From Gammaproteobacteria bacterium (GTDB taxonomy: Bacteria > Pseudomonadota > Gammaproteobacteria > Magnimaribacterales > AG-339-G14), in the NCBI GenBank assembly GCA_004213955.1, contig SGZL01000005.1:401-64400 (forward strand): a stretch of 64,000 nucleotides of DNA, written 5' to 3'. A program made the translations under genes and the position numbers. The notes under the pieces are model-generated. The model did not search any database. It was not told the DNA's origin and was given only the letters and a program-made list of their open reading frames with translations. Shown here piece by piece: positions 1 to 9,715 of this stretch (positions are counted from its first letter, which is position 1; the number at the start of each line of letters is the position of its first letter).

Positions 1-903
1 TAACTCCTCTTGAGCGCATAAATCTTCGGCATCTACAACTTCATCAAAGTCTCTACAAAAAACTTTGTATTCGTGACTATTTTCGATATTAAATAACTCT
101 TCAAGTTTAGATCTATTTTCAATCCAGTTTTCATCATTTTCCTCTACTTCTTCCTCTTCAAATTCCATCTCTTCAGAAGTTTCAGATTCTGTAGGCGTTT
201 CTTCTGAAGAACCCTGTTCTTCTTGAGACTCATCTTCTTGGTTATCGTCTTCTGCATCATCTTCATCATTATCATCTTCAGAAGAACTTTCCTCTTTTTG
301 TTCTTCCTCTTCTTCAAATTTAATATTAAGTTCATCGAGTAATTCTTTAATGGTCTCTAAGTAAAGTTCTTTATCTTCTAAGTTTTCTTCCAAGAGAGGA
401 ACAAATTGTTTTTCAAGTTTCTTCAAATCATCTCCTAAAGGCTTGAGGATATCTTCTTCAAGAGGAACAAGTTTAGTTTTTAAGATTTTATGTTTTAGCC
501 ATATGTCGAGAGTTTTATTAATACTTTCCAAGGCTGATTGAGGTTGAAATAAAGGCAATTCATCAACAAAATTTTTACGAAGATTATTTTTTAAACCTTT
601 AAATTGGAGAGAACCCAAAATTTCAATACGTACGTTATTCTGTTCATTGAGACTTTGATCTAATTCGACAACTCCTGTTGAACTATTTTTGCGTTCGAAA
701 GAAAATTTTTCTTTTAAAGCTACCTTGTCAGCTTTAGCACGACTGAGAGCTAAATTTTCTGACGACAAGTCATCTAGAGGGATTGAATTAGATTGAATTG
801 AGTCAGAGCCAAAGCTTATTTCGAGATCCTGTTTTGTAGAAATTACTCTCGTGGAAGACGAAAGGGCTTCTTTAATTACCTGTTCTTTTGATCTATCACT
901 CAA
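1..903 (-). CDS. cobT: CobT-like (cobaltochelatase subunit/VWA partner), 3' end runs off the window
   Basis: Not in the ORF track; both ends translated by hand. TTG at 903 overlaps the cobS stop (TTGA) and gives MSDRSKEQVIKEALSSSTRVIS...LEISFG, then an acidic D/E linker, then YKVFCRDFDEVVDAEDLCAQEEL, typical of CobT. Lies directly downstream of cobS. Confidence 0.85.
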   Translation of the reverse strand, partial: MSDRSKEQVIKEALSSSTRVISTKQDLEISFGSDSIQSNSIPLDDLSSENLALSRAKADKVALKEKFSFERKNSSTGVVELDQSLNEQNNVRIEILGSLQFKGLKNNLRKNFVDELPLFQPQSALESINKTLDIWLKHKILKTKLVPLEEDILKPLGDDLKKLEKQFVPLLEENLEDKELYLETIKELLDELNIKFEEEEEQKEESSSEDDNDEDDAEDDNQEDESQEEQGSSEETPTESETSEEMEFEEEEVEENDENWIENRSKLEELFNIENSHEYKVFCRDFDEVVDAEDLCAQEEL

Positions 904-1892
904 TCTTGATCTATTAAATTACTAATTGAGTCAGAAGTTTCCTGATCAAAGCATCTTTGAAAATATTCAGCAATAATTGGTTTTTCTGTTTCGTCACATT
1001 TATTCAAAAAACTTAGTTCAAAAGAAGAAACTAGATCGGAAAAAATTTGATAATTTTCTGCCCAACTAATTACCGTCCTTGGAGACATCAGATTCGAAAT
1101 ATCCCCATTCTTAAAACCTTCTCTAGTTAGGTTCGCAAGCTCAATCATATTTTTGACTATCTCAGAACCTTTTTTGTTATCTAGGTCTTTAACCTTAGAT
1201 AAAACTACCTTGGTCTCAAGCTCAACACTCAGGTAATTTAAGCATGACACAATTTGCCACCTATCCATCTGTCCTTGGTTGATTTGTTGTGTGCCGTGAT
1301 AAAGTCCAGTGCTATCCCCTAGACCTACAGTGTTAGCTGTAGCAAAAAGCCTAAAAAAAGGATTAGGTGTTAGAACTCTATTTTGATCTAAAAGGGTTAG
1401 TCTTCCATCAACTTCTAAGACTCTTTGAATGACGAACATTACGTCAGGCCTTCCAGCATCGTACTCGTCAAAAACAAGTGCCGTTGGATTTTGAATTGCC
1501 CATGGCAGGATACCTTCCTGGAACTTAGTTACCTGTTTGTCTTTTTCTAATGTAATTGCATCCTTGCCTAGAAGATCTAATCTACTAATATGCGAGTCAA
1601 GATTGATACGAACGCAAGGCCAATTCAATCTGGCTGCAACTTGTTCTATATGGGTAGATTTACCTGAGCCATGAAGGCCTTGAACCATTACCCTACGGTT
1701 GTCTGAAAATCCTGCGAGGATTGCAAGAGTAGTGTTTTTATCGAAACAATAAGTATTATCAATTTCTGGTACATATTCATTTGGTTCGGCAAAAGCTGGG
1801 ACTTCAAAGTCGGCGTCAATGCCAAAGGTGTTGCCAACATTTAAAACAATGTCAGGAGTATTTTCAGAAAAATTATTGTAAGTTGTTGCCAT
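900..1892 (-). CDS. cobS: CobS-like MoxR/AAA+ ATPase (cobaltochelatase subunit)
   Basis: Walker A GLHGSGKST, RLNWPCVRINLDSHISRLDLLGKD, Walker B VFDEYDAGRPDVMFVIQRVLE, GLYHGTQQINQGQMDRW, MSPRTVISWAEN. Confidence 0.93.
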   Translation of the reverse strand: MATTYNNFSENTPDIVLNVGNTFGIDADFEVPAFAEPNEYVPEIDNTYCFDKNTTLAILAGFSDNRRVMVQGLHGSGKSTHIEQVAARLNWPCVRINLDSHISRLDLLGKDAITLEKDKQVTKFQEGILPWAIQNPTALVFDEYDAGRPDVMFVIQRVLEVDGRLTLLDQNRVLTPNPFFRLFATANTVGLGDSTGLYHGTQQINQGQMDRWQIVSCLNYLSVELETKVVLSKVKDLDNKKGSEIVKNMIELANLTREGFKNGDISNLMSPRTVISWAENYQIFSDLVSSFELSFLNKCDETEKPIIAEYFQRCFDQETSDSISNLIDQD

Positions 1893-1995
1893 AATTTAAA
1901 AGAGTACTTATTATCCTTTTTTCATTTAAAACAGCAAGATAATATACTTACGATCTAGTAAACTATTTGACTTCAAACCTATCTAACCTAAGCTT

Positions 1996-2784
1996 ATGAC
2001 GGAAAAAGAAATCTGGTCAAAAATTGTTGAAGAAGCTAATTCAATTTTAGAAAGTGAAAGATTATCTGAATCTTACTTAAAAAAATTTGTAATAGATTTC
2101 GAAACTTTATCTGAGGTAATAGCTTATAAAATATCAAACGATTTAGGCAATAAAGATTCTGATGAAATTTTTTCAATCAATTTCATTTTCTCAGAATTAA
2201 AAGGTGTTTTTGAAGACGAAAAAATAATCAATGGTTTGGTTTTAGATTTGCATGCGGTTAAACAAAGAGATCCTGCAGCATCGGGCTATTTATCCACGCT
2301 TTTATTTTCCAAAGGATTTTTAGCTTTACAAACTCATAGAGCAAGCAATTATTTTCTCAATTCAAAAGAGTCTTTGATGGCTAACTTCTTACACAGTCAA
2401 TCTTCTAAACTTTATGGAGTTGATATTCATCCCGCTGCATCAATTGGAGTTGGCGTTATGTTAGATCATGCAACGGGTATTGTTATTGGTGAAACCAGCG
2501 TAATTGAAGACGATGTTTCTATTTTCCAAGGGGTAACCCTAGGGGGAACAGGAAAGGTTACAGGAGACAGGCACCCCAAAGTTAGAAAGGGAGTTTTGAT
2601 AAGTGCCGGAGCAAAAATACTTGGCAATGTAGAGATTGGTCAAGGCGCTAAAGTTGCTGCTGGTAGCGTGGTACTTGATAACGTAGAAATGAATACCACA
2701 GTAGCCGGTGTTCCTGCAGTTGCAGTCGGCAAACCTAGCTCTGATGCACCAGCAATAACTGTAGACCACACGATAGAGGAATAA
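1996..2784 (+). CDS. cysE: Serine O-acetyltransferase
   Basis: RDPAA, KGFLALQTHR, VDIHPAA, DHATGIVIGET, GVTLGGTGK, DRHPKV hexapeptide-repeat motifs. Confidence 0.95.
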   Translation: MTEKEIWSKIVEEANSILESERLSESYLKKFVIDFETLSEVIAYKISNDLGNKDSDEIFSINFIFSELKGVFEDEKIINGLVLDLHAVKQRDPAASGYLSTLLFSKGFLALQTHRASNYFLNSKESLMANFLHSQSSKLYGVDIHPAASIGVGVMLDHATGIVIGETSVIEDDVSIFQGVTLGGTGKVTGDRHPKVRKGVLISAGAKILGNVEIGQGAKVAAGSVVLDNVEMNTTVAGVPAVAVGKPSSDAPAITVDHTIEE

Positions 2785-2785
2785 G

Positions 2786-3652
2786 ATGTCTGATCAAAAG
2801 TTACTAGACGAATTGATTCAAACTTTAAATTTAGAAAAGTTAGAAGAAAACCTCTTTAGAGGTCAAAGTGAACAGACTGCTTGGGGTAGAGTTTTTGGTG
2901 GACAAGTAATTGGTCAAGCTTTAAGCGCAACTCAAGAAACTGTTGATAATTCCAGAAAAGCGCATTCTTTGCATGCTTATTTCTTAAGACCTGGCCGGAT
3001 TGACATGCCTATACTTTATGACGTTCAAAGAATAAGAGATGGAAAAAGTTTTACCACTCGAACAGTTAATGCCATTCAAAATGGAGAATATATTTTTAAC
3101 ATGTCGGTTTCTTTTAAAATTTCTGAAAAAGGCTTTGAGCATCAGTTTGAAATGCCTGACGTCCCGGGTCCAGAAAATTTAAAAAGTGATAGGGAATTTA
3201 GAGAGGAGATGAAGGGCTCCATTCCAAAAGAAATGCTTGAAGGCTTTCTTAGGGACAAACCTATTGAAATTAGAAACGTGGAGAATCTAAATCCATTTGC
3301 CAACGAGAAAGGCGAGCCGTTTAAAAATATGTGGATAAAAGCATCGGGTAAATTACCTGACAACCATTTAATTCATCAAGGGGTACTAGCCTACGCTTCT
3401 GACATGGGTCTGCTCGGAACTTCGCAAAGACCTCATGGTGTAAGCTTCGGCGCATATCATAAACTTCAAGTAGCAAGTTTGGATCACGCGATGTGGTTTC
3501 ATCGAGAGTTTAGAGCAGATGAATGGCTTTTGTATTCGTTGGACAGTCCCTCTGCAAGTAATGCCAACGGTTTCAACAGAGGCAATGTATTTACTCAAGA
3601 CGGTAAATTGGTTGCATCTGCAGTTCAAGAAGGCCTGATAAGGCAAAAGTAA
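2786..3652 (+). CDS. tesB: Acyl-CoA thioesterase II
   Basis: VFGGQVIGQAL, HSLHAYFLRPG, RDGKSFTTR, LAYASD, ASLDHAMWFH, QEGLIR. Confidence 0.95.
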   Translation: MSDQKLLDELIQTLNLEKLEENLFRGQSEQTAWGRVFGGQVIGQALSATQETVDNSRKAHSLHAYFLRPGRIDMPILYDVQRIRDGKSFTTRTVNAIQNGEYIFNMSVSFKISEKGFEHQFEMPDVPGPENLKSDREFREEMKGSIPKEMLEGFLRDKPIEIRNVENLNPFANEKGEPFKNMWIKASGKLPDNHLIHQGVLAYASDMGLLGTSQRPHGVSFGAYHKLQVASLDHAMWFHREFRADEWLLYSLDSPSASNANGFNRGNVFTQDGKLVASAVQEGLIRQK

Positions 3653-3653
3653 A

Positions 3654-4634
3654 TTGTTTCGATCTGTTTTTTTAATTTGTATAGTCACAGTTTCGTTCTA
3701 CTTAGTTGCTGAAAAATTTGTAAATTCTAATGGAGTAGCTAATGAAAAAACTTTTTCTGATTTTTTAAAATGGAGCTTTTCTAATGAATCTCCTGAGAGA
3801 GTTGCCATTGAAATTTCTGATGCTTGGAAAACGCTTGATCTTGAGAATGAAAATTATATTTTATGGATTGGACATGCTAGCTTTTTAATAAATATAGAGG
3901 GTACAACAATTTTAACTGACCCAATTTTTTCTAAGAGAGCATCACCGGTAAGTATTTTTGGTCCAAAAAGATTAATTCCGCCAGCGTTGAAGATAACAGA
4001 TTTACCAAAAATTGATTTAGTTACTATAAGTCATAACCATTATGACCATTTAGATATCAACTCATTGGTTAAAATTTCAAAAAAAAATCCTGATGCACAA
4101 TTTCTAGTGCCTAAAGGGGATAAAAAAATTTTAATAAAAAAGGGAATAGAAAACGTTTCGGAGTTTCTCTGGTGGGAAAATTCATTTGTTAAAAATTTAA
4201 AAATAACTTTCACTCCAGTGCAACATTGGTCTGCTCGAGGCCTTGGCGACAGAAATGAAAGTTTATGGGGCGGGTGGTTTTTTGAAACATCAGGATTTAA
4301 CTTTTTTCATGCTGGAGATACTGGGTATTCAAATGATTTTCTTATGACTAGAGAAAAATTAGGAGCCCCTAACTTCGCTCTAATACCAATCGGAGCATAT
4401 TCTCCCGAATGGTTTATGGCGGAAAATCACGTAAACCCAGAAGATGCGCTTCAGATTGCTGTAGATTTGGATGCAAAAAAATCAATCGGTATGCACTGGG
4501 GCACTTTTATATTAACTGATGAAGCCGTAACTGAGCCTCCTCAACTCTTAAAATCTGCGCTCAAAGAAAGAGGGTTACCGAAAGACTATTTTATTACGCT
4601 CAAGCCAGGAGACTTCGAGTTAATTGAAAATTAG
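3654..4634 (+). CDS. MBL-fold metallohydrolase (NAPE-PLD/RomA-like) with N-terminal signal or anchor
   Basis: WIGHAS, LTDPIFS, ISHNHYDHLD (HxHxDH), QHWSAR, AGDTGY, PIGAY, MHWGTF. Confidence 0.85.
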   Translation: MFRSVFLICIVTVSFYLVAEKFVNSNGVANEKTFSDFLKWSFSNESPERVAIEISDAWKTLDLENENYILWIGHASFLINIEGTTILTDPIFSKRASPVSIFGPKRLIPPALKITDLPKIDLVTISHNHYDHLDINSLVKISKKNPDAQFLVPKGDKKILIKKGIENVSEFLWWENSFVKNLKITFTPVQHWSARGLGDRNESLWGGWFFETSGFNFFHAGDTGYSNDFLMTREKLGAPNFALIPIGAYSPEWFMAENHVNPEDALQIAVDLDAKKSIGMHWGTFILTDEAVTEPPQLLKSALKERGLPKDYFITLKPGDFELIEN

Positions 4635-4676
4635 GAAGTTTAGCTTTTTATACTTATTATTAGATTTTAGAAAATT

Positions 4677-4886
4677 ATGAACTTAGGAATCTTTATTATT
4701 GGCGCTGTAACTTTTTTAGTAAGTTTTGTTTTGTTTAAAATAAGTGCTTTTAACAAAACTAAAAACGATGAAAATTCGTGGCAAAAACTTTTTTTTGTTT
4801 TTTTAGTAGATTATTTTATTCTGATGGCTGGAGTATTAATCACTGGAATAATTTTTGTTTCATTATTTAATACTTTTCATGGTTAA
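4677..4886 (+). CDS. Small two-TM membrane protein, hypothetical
   Basis: 69 aa with two hydrophobic segments; fills the gap between co-oriented genes and ends 3 bp before the next ATG. Confidence 0.6.
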   Translation: MNLGIFIIGAVTFLVSFVLFKISAFNKTKNDENSWQKLFFVFLVDYFILMAGVLITGIIFVSLFNTFHG

Positions 4887-4889
4887 AAA

Positions 4890-5465
4890 ATGGATATAGC
4901 TCATATAGAAACTAAACAAAGAGAAGATTTTCCTGAATTCAAAGACTTATTTGATTTAGTTGAATCTTTTATGGGGTATTTGCCAAATGCCTACTTACTC
5001 ATGGCAGATAAGCCTGATTTAATGCAAGCTTTTGCAAAGATGTCTGCTAGCGTTTTTAGTGCCGACGTTCTCGACATTCCTTCAAAACAATTAATTGCTT
5101 TAGCGTCAAGTTTGAGTGCAGGCTGTAAGTATTGTCAGTCGCACACTTCACATGGAGCAGAGAGAGCTGGAGTGCCGAATGAGAAAATTGCCGAAATTTT
5201 AAATTATCAAACTAGTAAATATTATGAGGCAAAAGAAGTTGCGTTGCTCGATTTAGCTTTTGCTTCAGGCGAGGTGCCAAATAAGGCAACTAAAGCTCAT
5301 TTTGAAAAACTAAGAGAATTTTATTCAAAAGAACAAATACTAGAAGTTGTTGCCGTAATATCTTTTTTTGGCTTCCTCAATCGCTGGAATGATACGTTTG
5401 GAACTGAAATTGAAGAAATTCCGGCAAATTATTTAACGGAAGAACTTCGACCTAAAAATTGGTAA
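4890..5465 (+). CDS. Carboxymuconolactone decarboxylase/AhpD-family peroxidase-related protein
   Basis: ALASSLSAGCKYCQSH (CxxC), FFGFLNRWND. Confidence 0.85.
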   Translation: MDIAHIETKQREDFPEFKDLFDLVESFMGYLPNAYLLMADKPDLMQAFAKMSASVFSADVLDIPSKQLIALASSLSAGCKYCQSHTSHGAERAGVPNEKIAEILNYQTSKYYEAKEVALLDLAFASGEVPNKATKAHFEKLREFYSKEQILEVVAVISFFGFLNRWNDTFGTEIEEIPANYLTEELRPKNW

Positions 5466-5488
5466 TAAAAACTTTTTTTTTATTACCA
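5460..5488. terminator. Perfect AT-rich 12-bp inverted repeat covering the AhpD-like stop codon; possible terminator or processing hairpin
   Basis: TGGTAATAAAAA-CTTTT-TTTTTATTACCA. Confidence 0.4.
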
Positions 5489-5516
5489 TTTAAATCTAAT
5501 AAACTTTCCAGAAAGA

Positions 5517-5547
5517 TTGACGGTTTTTTTAAAAACAATGGTATAAA
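5517..5547 (+). promoter_or_regulatory. Putative sigma70 promoter of the TonB-dependent receptor
   Basis: TTGACG (5517-5522) and extended -10 TGgTATAAA (5539-5547); the spacing is long. Confidence 0.4.
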
Positions 5548-5577
5548 TATCTTTAAATACATACATATGGGGGAGAT

Positions 5578-8208
5578 ATGTTTAAAAAACTTACATTTTA
5601 TTTAATTATTCTCTCTTCTTCTTTCGTTTTTGCCCAAGAAGAAGTAGTGGTAGTTACTGGTTCTTATATTAAAGGAAGCCCAACTGATGGCGCTTCGCCA
5701 GTAGAAATCTACGACAGAGAATTAATCGAAAATATCGGTGCAATGAACGTTGCAGACATAACAGCAAATATGGCTGTTAACTCAGGTTCAGAGAACAACG
5801 CCGATTCATTTACCTCCGGTGCAACCCAAGGAAGGACTAACGTTAATCTAAGAGGATTAGGACTTACTTCAACTTTGGTACTCATCGATGGTAGAAGACA
5901 AACATTTGCTTCTGCGGTTGCAAACGATGGAAGTGTCTTTGTTGACACATCTGTTATTCCAGTCATCGCTTTAGAAAGAGTCGAGGTCCTTAAAGAAGGA
6001 GCGGCATCTGTCTATGGTTCTGACGCTGTTGCCGGAGTAGTTAACTATATATTCAGAAGAGATTTCACTGGGTTTGAAGTTGACATTTCTAGAGAACAAA
6101 AAGATCTAGCAGCTTCATCACGAGATGATCGTCTTAGCTTTATTTATGGTGGAGAGTTTGGAAATTCAAACGTAGTTGTGGCTTATAGCTCACTTGACAG
6201 ATCACCTATGAGTGGTGCGGTAAAAGATCTAGCACCTTTGGGTATCAGTACTCTAGGTAGAACTTTTAGATATTTAGATTTAGATGGAGATGCTGCTACA
6301 AATCCAACCGTTACAGCTGCTGCTGGCCCTTGGGCAGGAAGTTATGGTGACAACAATTCAGCTACTTTAGGATATATACCAGATCCTAATTGTGTCGCTA
6401 ATGGAGGTACGCCTCTATCTGGTGGATTGGTTTGTGGATTTAAATATGGACCAAGGTTTAATATTGTTAACACTGAAAATCACGAGCAGATTTATTCTTC
6501 TGTGACTACTAGCATGGACAATGGTATGGAATTTAATCTTGATATTTTAGTATCAGAGTCAAGAGTTTGGGACAACCCTCAATCTCCGTCTTATCCTGCT
6601 TTATCTTTCCTAAGTACATCTTCTTTAATAATGCCTGGTACTGGAGGAAGTCCATTTGACCAGCCAGTAATGTGGTTAGGTAGACCATTGGGAGCTGACT
6701 CACCTTCGCCACTTGCACCTAGAGAAGCAGACATGACTCGTATTTCCCTAGGATTTACAGGGACTTTTGATAATGGATTTGATTGGGATCTTCGTTACAC
6801 TTCTAGTAAAGAAGACGCTTATGGGTTACAACCGGATACCGGAACATCAGCTTTAAATGCTGCAATTGCGAATAACACTTTCGATTTATTTGTTCCATCC
6901 AATAACACTCAAGCCGTCATAGACTCGCTTGTTTCTAACCAAGAAACAACTTCTGAAGTCACGTTAGATGTTCTTGATTTTGTTATGTCTGGTGAAGTTG
7001 GAAATGTTTCCATGGCTACAGGTATTCAATTAAGAGACGCATCAATTGACATCGACAGAAGCGCTAACTCGCTTGTTGTGATGGATGCAAATGGAAATTT
7101 GACTACACCTGCTGATATGATTTTCTTAGGTGGTGGTATTGAAGTTGATCAATCTACTTCTGCTGAAGCAGTATTTGTAGAAGCAGCGATGGATGTGACT
7201 GATAATTTAGAAATTAGAGGAGCTGTAAGATACGAGAATCTAGAGGCTGATTCTACAGTTGATCCAAAAATTTCTTTAAGATATCAAGCAACTGATGATC
7301 TAGTTTTAAGAGCTTCTGCAAGTTCCGCTTTCAGAGAACCTTCACTTGCTCAACTATATGCTAGTTCTGTCGGATTAGAAGGAATTCAGGATTACGATGC
7401 AAATGGAAATGCAGTAGGTTCTACAGCATTTATCCGTATTGCAGCGGCAGCTGATGCTACTTTGCAACCAGAAGAAGCTGATAACTTCAATATTGGTTTA
7501 ATTTGGTCTCCAAATGATTTTCAAATGAAGCTAGACTACTGGGCAGTTGATTATACAAATGTGATCACTAAAGAATCTGCTCAAGGCATAGTTCAAAGAA
7601 CTCCTGCCGCAGCTGCTGTTAAAAGAACTGCTGGAGGAACTCTTACCGGGGTAACTACTCGTTACTTCAATGCGGCATATGTCGAAACCGATGGTATTGA
7701 CTTAGAAATGTCTTATGACATGGATACACCTGCTGGTTTAGTCAGATTAGGGTTTAATGCTACTCACTTTTTAAGTTACGAAATCCCTGTGGGTCAGGAT
7801 CTTAATTCTGCAGGAACTAGAACAGATGTTGTAGGGTCTTTTAACCATAACAACTTTGCTAGATCTTTGCCTGACACTAAAGCAGTTATATCTGCAAACT
7901 TAATCAATGGACCGCATTCAGTAGCTGCTTATGCTAGACATGTTGCAGCATATGAAACTTCTAGAGGTTTAAGTGCCACTGCAACTGCATTAGGTGGCTT
8001 CGATCAAAATATCGATAGCTTCACAACTCTTGATGTGCAATACAGCTATCAAGTTCAATCTGAAGACATAGTAATCACTGCAGGTATTAAAAATGCCTTT
8101 GATGAAGATGTCCCAGTTGTATTTGATGATGCAAACTGGAGTTATGATCCTAAGCATCACGATCCTAGAGGAAGAATATTTGCTTTAGGTATCAAACTAA
8201 GCATGTAA
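5578..8208 (+). CDS. TonB-dependent outer-membrane receptor
   Basis: Signal peptide, TonB box EEVVVVTGS, plug motifs NLRGLG...TLVLIDGRR and ERVEVLKEGAASVYGSDAVAGVVN, C-terminal beta-strand GRIFALGIKLSM. Confidence 0.93.
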   Translation: MFKKLTFYLIILSSSFVFAQEEVVVVTGSYIKGSPTDGASPVEIYDRELIENIGAMNVADITANMAVNSGSENNADSFTSGATQGRTNVNLRGLGLTSTLVLIDGRRQTFASAVANDGSVFVDTSVIPVIALERVEVLKEGAASVYGSDAVAGVVNYIFRRDFTGFEVDISREQKDLAASSRDDRLSFIYGGEFGNSNVVVAYSSLDRSPMSGAVKDLAPLGISTLGRTFRYLDLDGDAATNPTVTAAAGPWAGSYGDNNSATLGYIPDPNCVANGGTPLSGGLVCGFKYGPRFNIVNTENHEQIYSSVTTSMDNGMEFNLDILVSESRVWDNPQSPSYPALSFLSTSSLIMPGTGGSPFDQPVMWLGRPLGADSPSPLAPREADMTRISLGFTGTFDNGFDWDLRYTSSKEDAYGLQPDTGTSALNAAIANNTFDLFVPSNNTQAVIDSLVSNQETTSEVTLDVLDFVMSGEVGNVSMATGIQLRDASIDIDRSANSLVVMDANGNLTTPADMIFLGGGIEVDQSTSAEAVFVEAAMDVTDNLEIRGAVRYENLEADSTVDPKISLRYQATDDLVLRASASSAFREPSLAQLYASSVGLEGIQDYDANGNAVGSTAFIRIAAAADATLQPEEADNFNIGLIWSPNDFQMKLDYWAVDYTNVITKESAQGIVQRTPAAAAVKRTAGGTLTGVTTRYFNAAYVETDGIDLEMSYDMDTPAGLVRLGFNATHFLSYEIPVGQDLNSAGTRTDVVGSFNHNNFARSLPDTKAVISANLINGPHSVAAYARHVAAYETSRGLSATATALGGFDQNIDSFTTLDVQYSYQVQSEDIVITAGIKNAFDEDVPVVFDDANWSYDPKHHDPRGRIFALGIKLSM

Positions 8209-8220
8209 TTGTGCGAAGTT

Positions 8221-8251
8221 AAAAAAAAGGCTCCTTTGGGAGCCTTTTTTT
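8221..8251. terminator. Bidirectional rho-independent terminator between the TBDR and gltD
   Basis: A8-GGCTCC-TTTG-GGAGCC-T7 between convergent genes. Confidence 0.9.
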
Positions 8252-8262
8252 ATGAAAGTTTT

Positions 8263-9714
8263 TTATTCTAAGGTTGTTGTCCCCATTAATTCCAGATCTA
8301 TTTCTCTTGCGGCAGCTCGACCTTCATTGATGGCCCAAACCACAAGTGATTGACCGCGACGACAGTCGCCGGCAGCAAAAACTTTAGGATTGGATGTTTT
8401 GTGAATATTATGTTCGGCTTTAAAGTTAGATCTTTCGTCTAATTCAAGTTCCAGATTATTGTTTAAGTAGTGCTCAGGCCCTAGAAAACCCATTGCTAAA
8501 AGAATTAAATCAGCTTTCCAAGTTTTTTCAGTTCCTGGAATTTCTTTAAAATCTTTATCCACTTTAACTGTCTTAATTCCAGTTAGATTTCCATCTTCAT
8601 CTCGAATAAATTCTTTACCAGAGACTGAGTATTCTCTTGGATCTTTACCAAATACTTCTCTGGATTCTTCATGGCCGTAATCCACTTTGTATATCCTCGG
8701 AAATAAAGGCCAAGGGTTATTTTCTAATCGATCTTTTGGTAATTCCGGCATGATTTCAAAGTTAGTCAAAGACTTGCAGCCATGTCTTAGAGAAGTGCCT
8801 AAGCAGTCATTACCAGTGTCACCACCGCCAATAACAATAACGTCTTTATCTTTTGCGCTAATAAATTTTTCATCCGCCAGTTCGCTGTCTAAAAGACTTT
8901 TAGTATTTTCTCCCAAAAACTCCATGGCGAAGTGAACACCCAAGCCGTCTCTATTTGCTATTGGAAGGTCACGAGGTTTGGTAGCACCTGTTGTCAACAA
9001 GACAATATCATTGTCTTCAATGAGGTCGTCCATACTAATAGCATTTTTGTCATTGCCGCCAATATTTGTATTGGTGTGGAATTTGATACCTTCTTGTTCC
9101 ATGATCTCAATTCGCATATCTATAATTGATTTATCAAGCTTCATGTTGGGAATTCCGTACATCATCAAACCACCAATTCGATCAGCCCTTTCGTAGACTT
9201 CGACATTGTGACCCACGCTATTGAGTTGTTGTGCCGCAGATAATCCTGCAGGACCCGAACCGACAATAGCAATCTTACGGTTTGTTCGAACCGATGGGAC
9301 TACAGGTTGAATCCAGCCTGACTCAATACCTTTATCCGCTATAGCAAATTCTAAATTTTTTATTGTTACTGGAGATTCGGTGATGCCTAAAACGCAGGCA
9401 CCTTCACAAACGGCCGGACAAACTCTACCGGTAACTTCTGGAAAGTTATTAGTTTTTAATAATCTTTTAAAAGCTTCTTCCCATTTTTCGTTATAAACCA
9501 AATCATTCCATTCAGGAATTAAGTTGTAAACGGGACAACCTTCACCCGATTGGCAGAAGGGCACTCCACAATTCATACATCTCGAAGCCTGGGTGTTTAG
9601 CAGTGATTCGTCATGATCAGTATAAATTTCCTTAAAATCTATAACTCTATCTTTAGCAGGTCGGTAAGGCTCTACGACTCTTTCGTGTTCTTTGAAACCA
9701 GTAACTTTCCCCAT
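8263..9714 (-). CDS. gltD: Glutamate synthase (NADPH) small subunit
   Basis: MGKVTGF, RCMNCGVPFC, TNNFPEVTGRVCPAVCEGAC, GSGPAGL, IGGGDTGNDC, AGDCRRGQSLVVWAI. Confidence 0.97.
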   Translation of the reverse strand: MGKVTGFKEHERVVEPYRPAKDRVIDFKEIYTDHDESLLNTQASRCMNCGVPFCQSGEGCPVYNLIPEWNDLVYNEKWEEAFKRLLKTNNFPEVTGRVCPAVCEGACVLGITESPVTIKNLEFAIADKGIESGWIQPVVPSVRTNRKIAIVGSGPAGLSAAQQLNSVGHNVEVYERADRIGGLMMYGIPNMKLDKSIIDMRIEIMEQEGIKFHTNTNIGGNDKNAISMDDLIEDNDIVLLTTGATKPRDLPIANRDGLGVHFAMEFLGENTKSLLDSELADEKFISAKDKDVIVIGGGDTGNDCLGTSLRHGCKSLTNFEIMPELPKDRLENNPWPLFPRIYKVDYGHEESREVFGKDPREYSVSGKEFIRDEDGNLTGIKTVKVDKDFKEIPGTEKTWKADLILLAMGFLGPEHYLNNNLELELDERSNFKAEHNIHKTSNPKVFAAGDCRRGQSLVVWAINEGRAAAREIDLELMGTTTLE

Positions 9715-9715
9715 C

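Noticed and set aside
144-335. 63-aa Lys-rich ORF on the minus strand
   Set aside because: Alternative-frame shadow of the GAA/GAT-rich acidic linker of cobT.
5466-5577. Possible cobalamin or TPP riboswitch before the TBDR near cobST
   Set aside because: The region is short and AT-rich, with no B12-box or TPP consensus recognisable.
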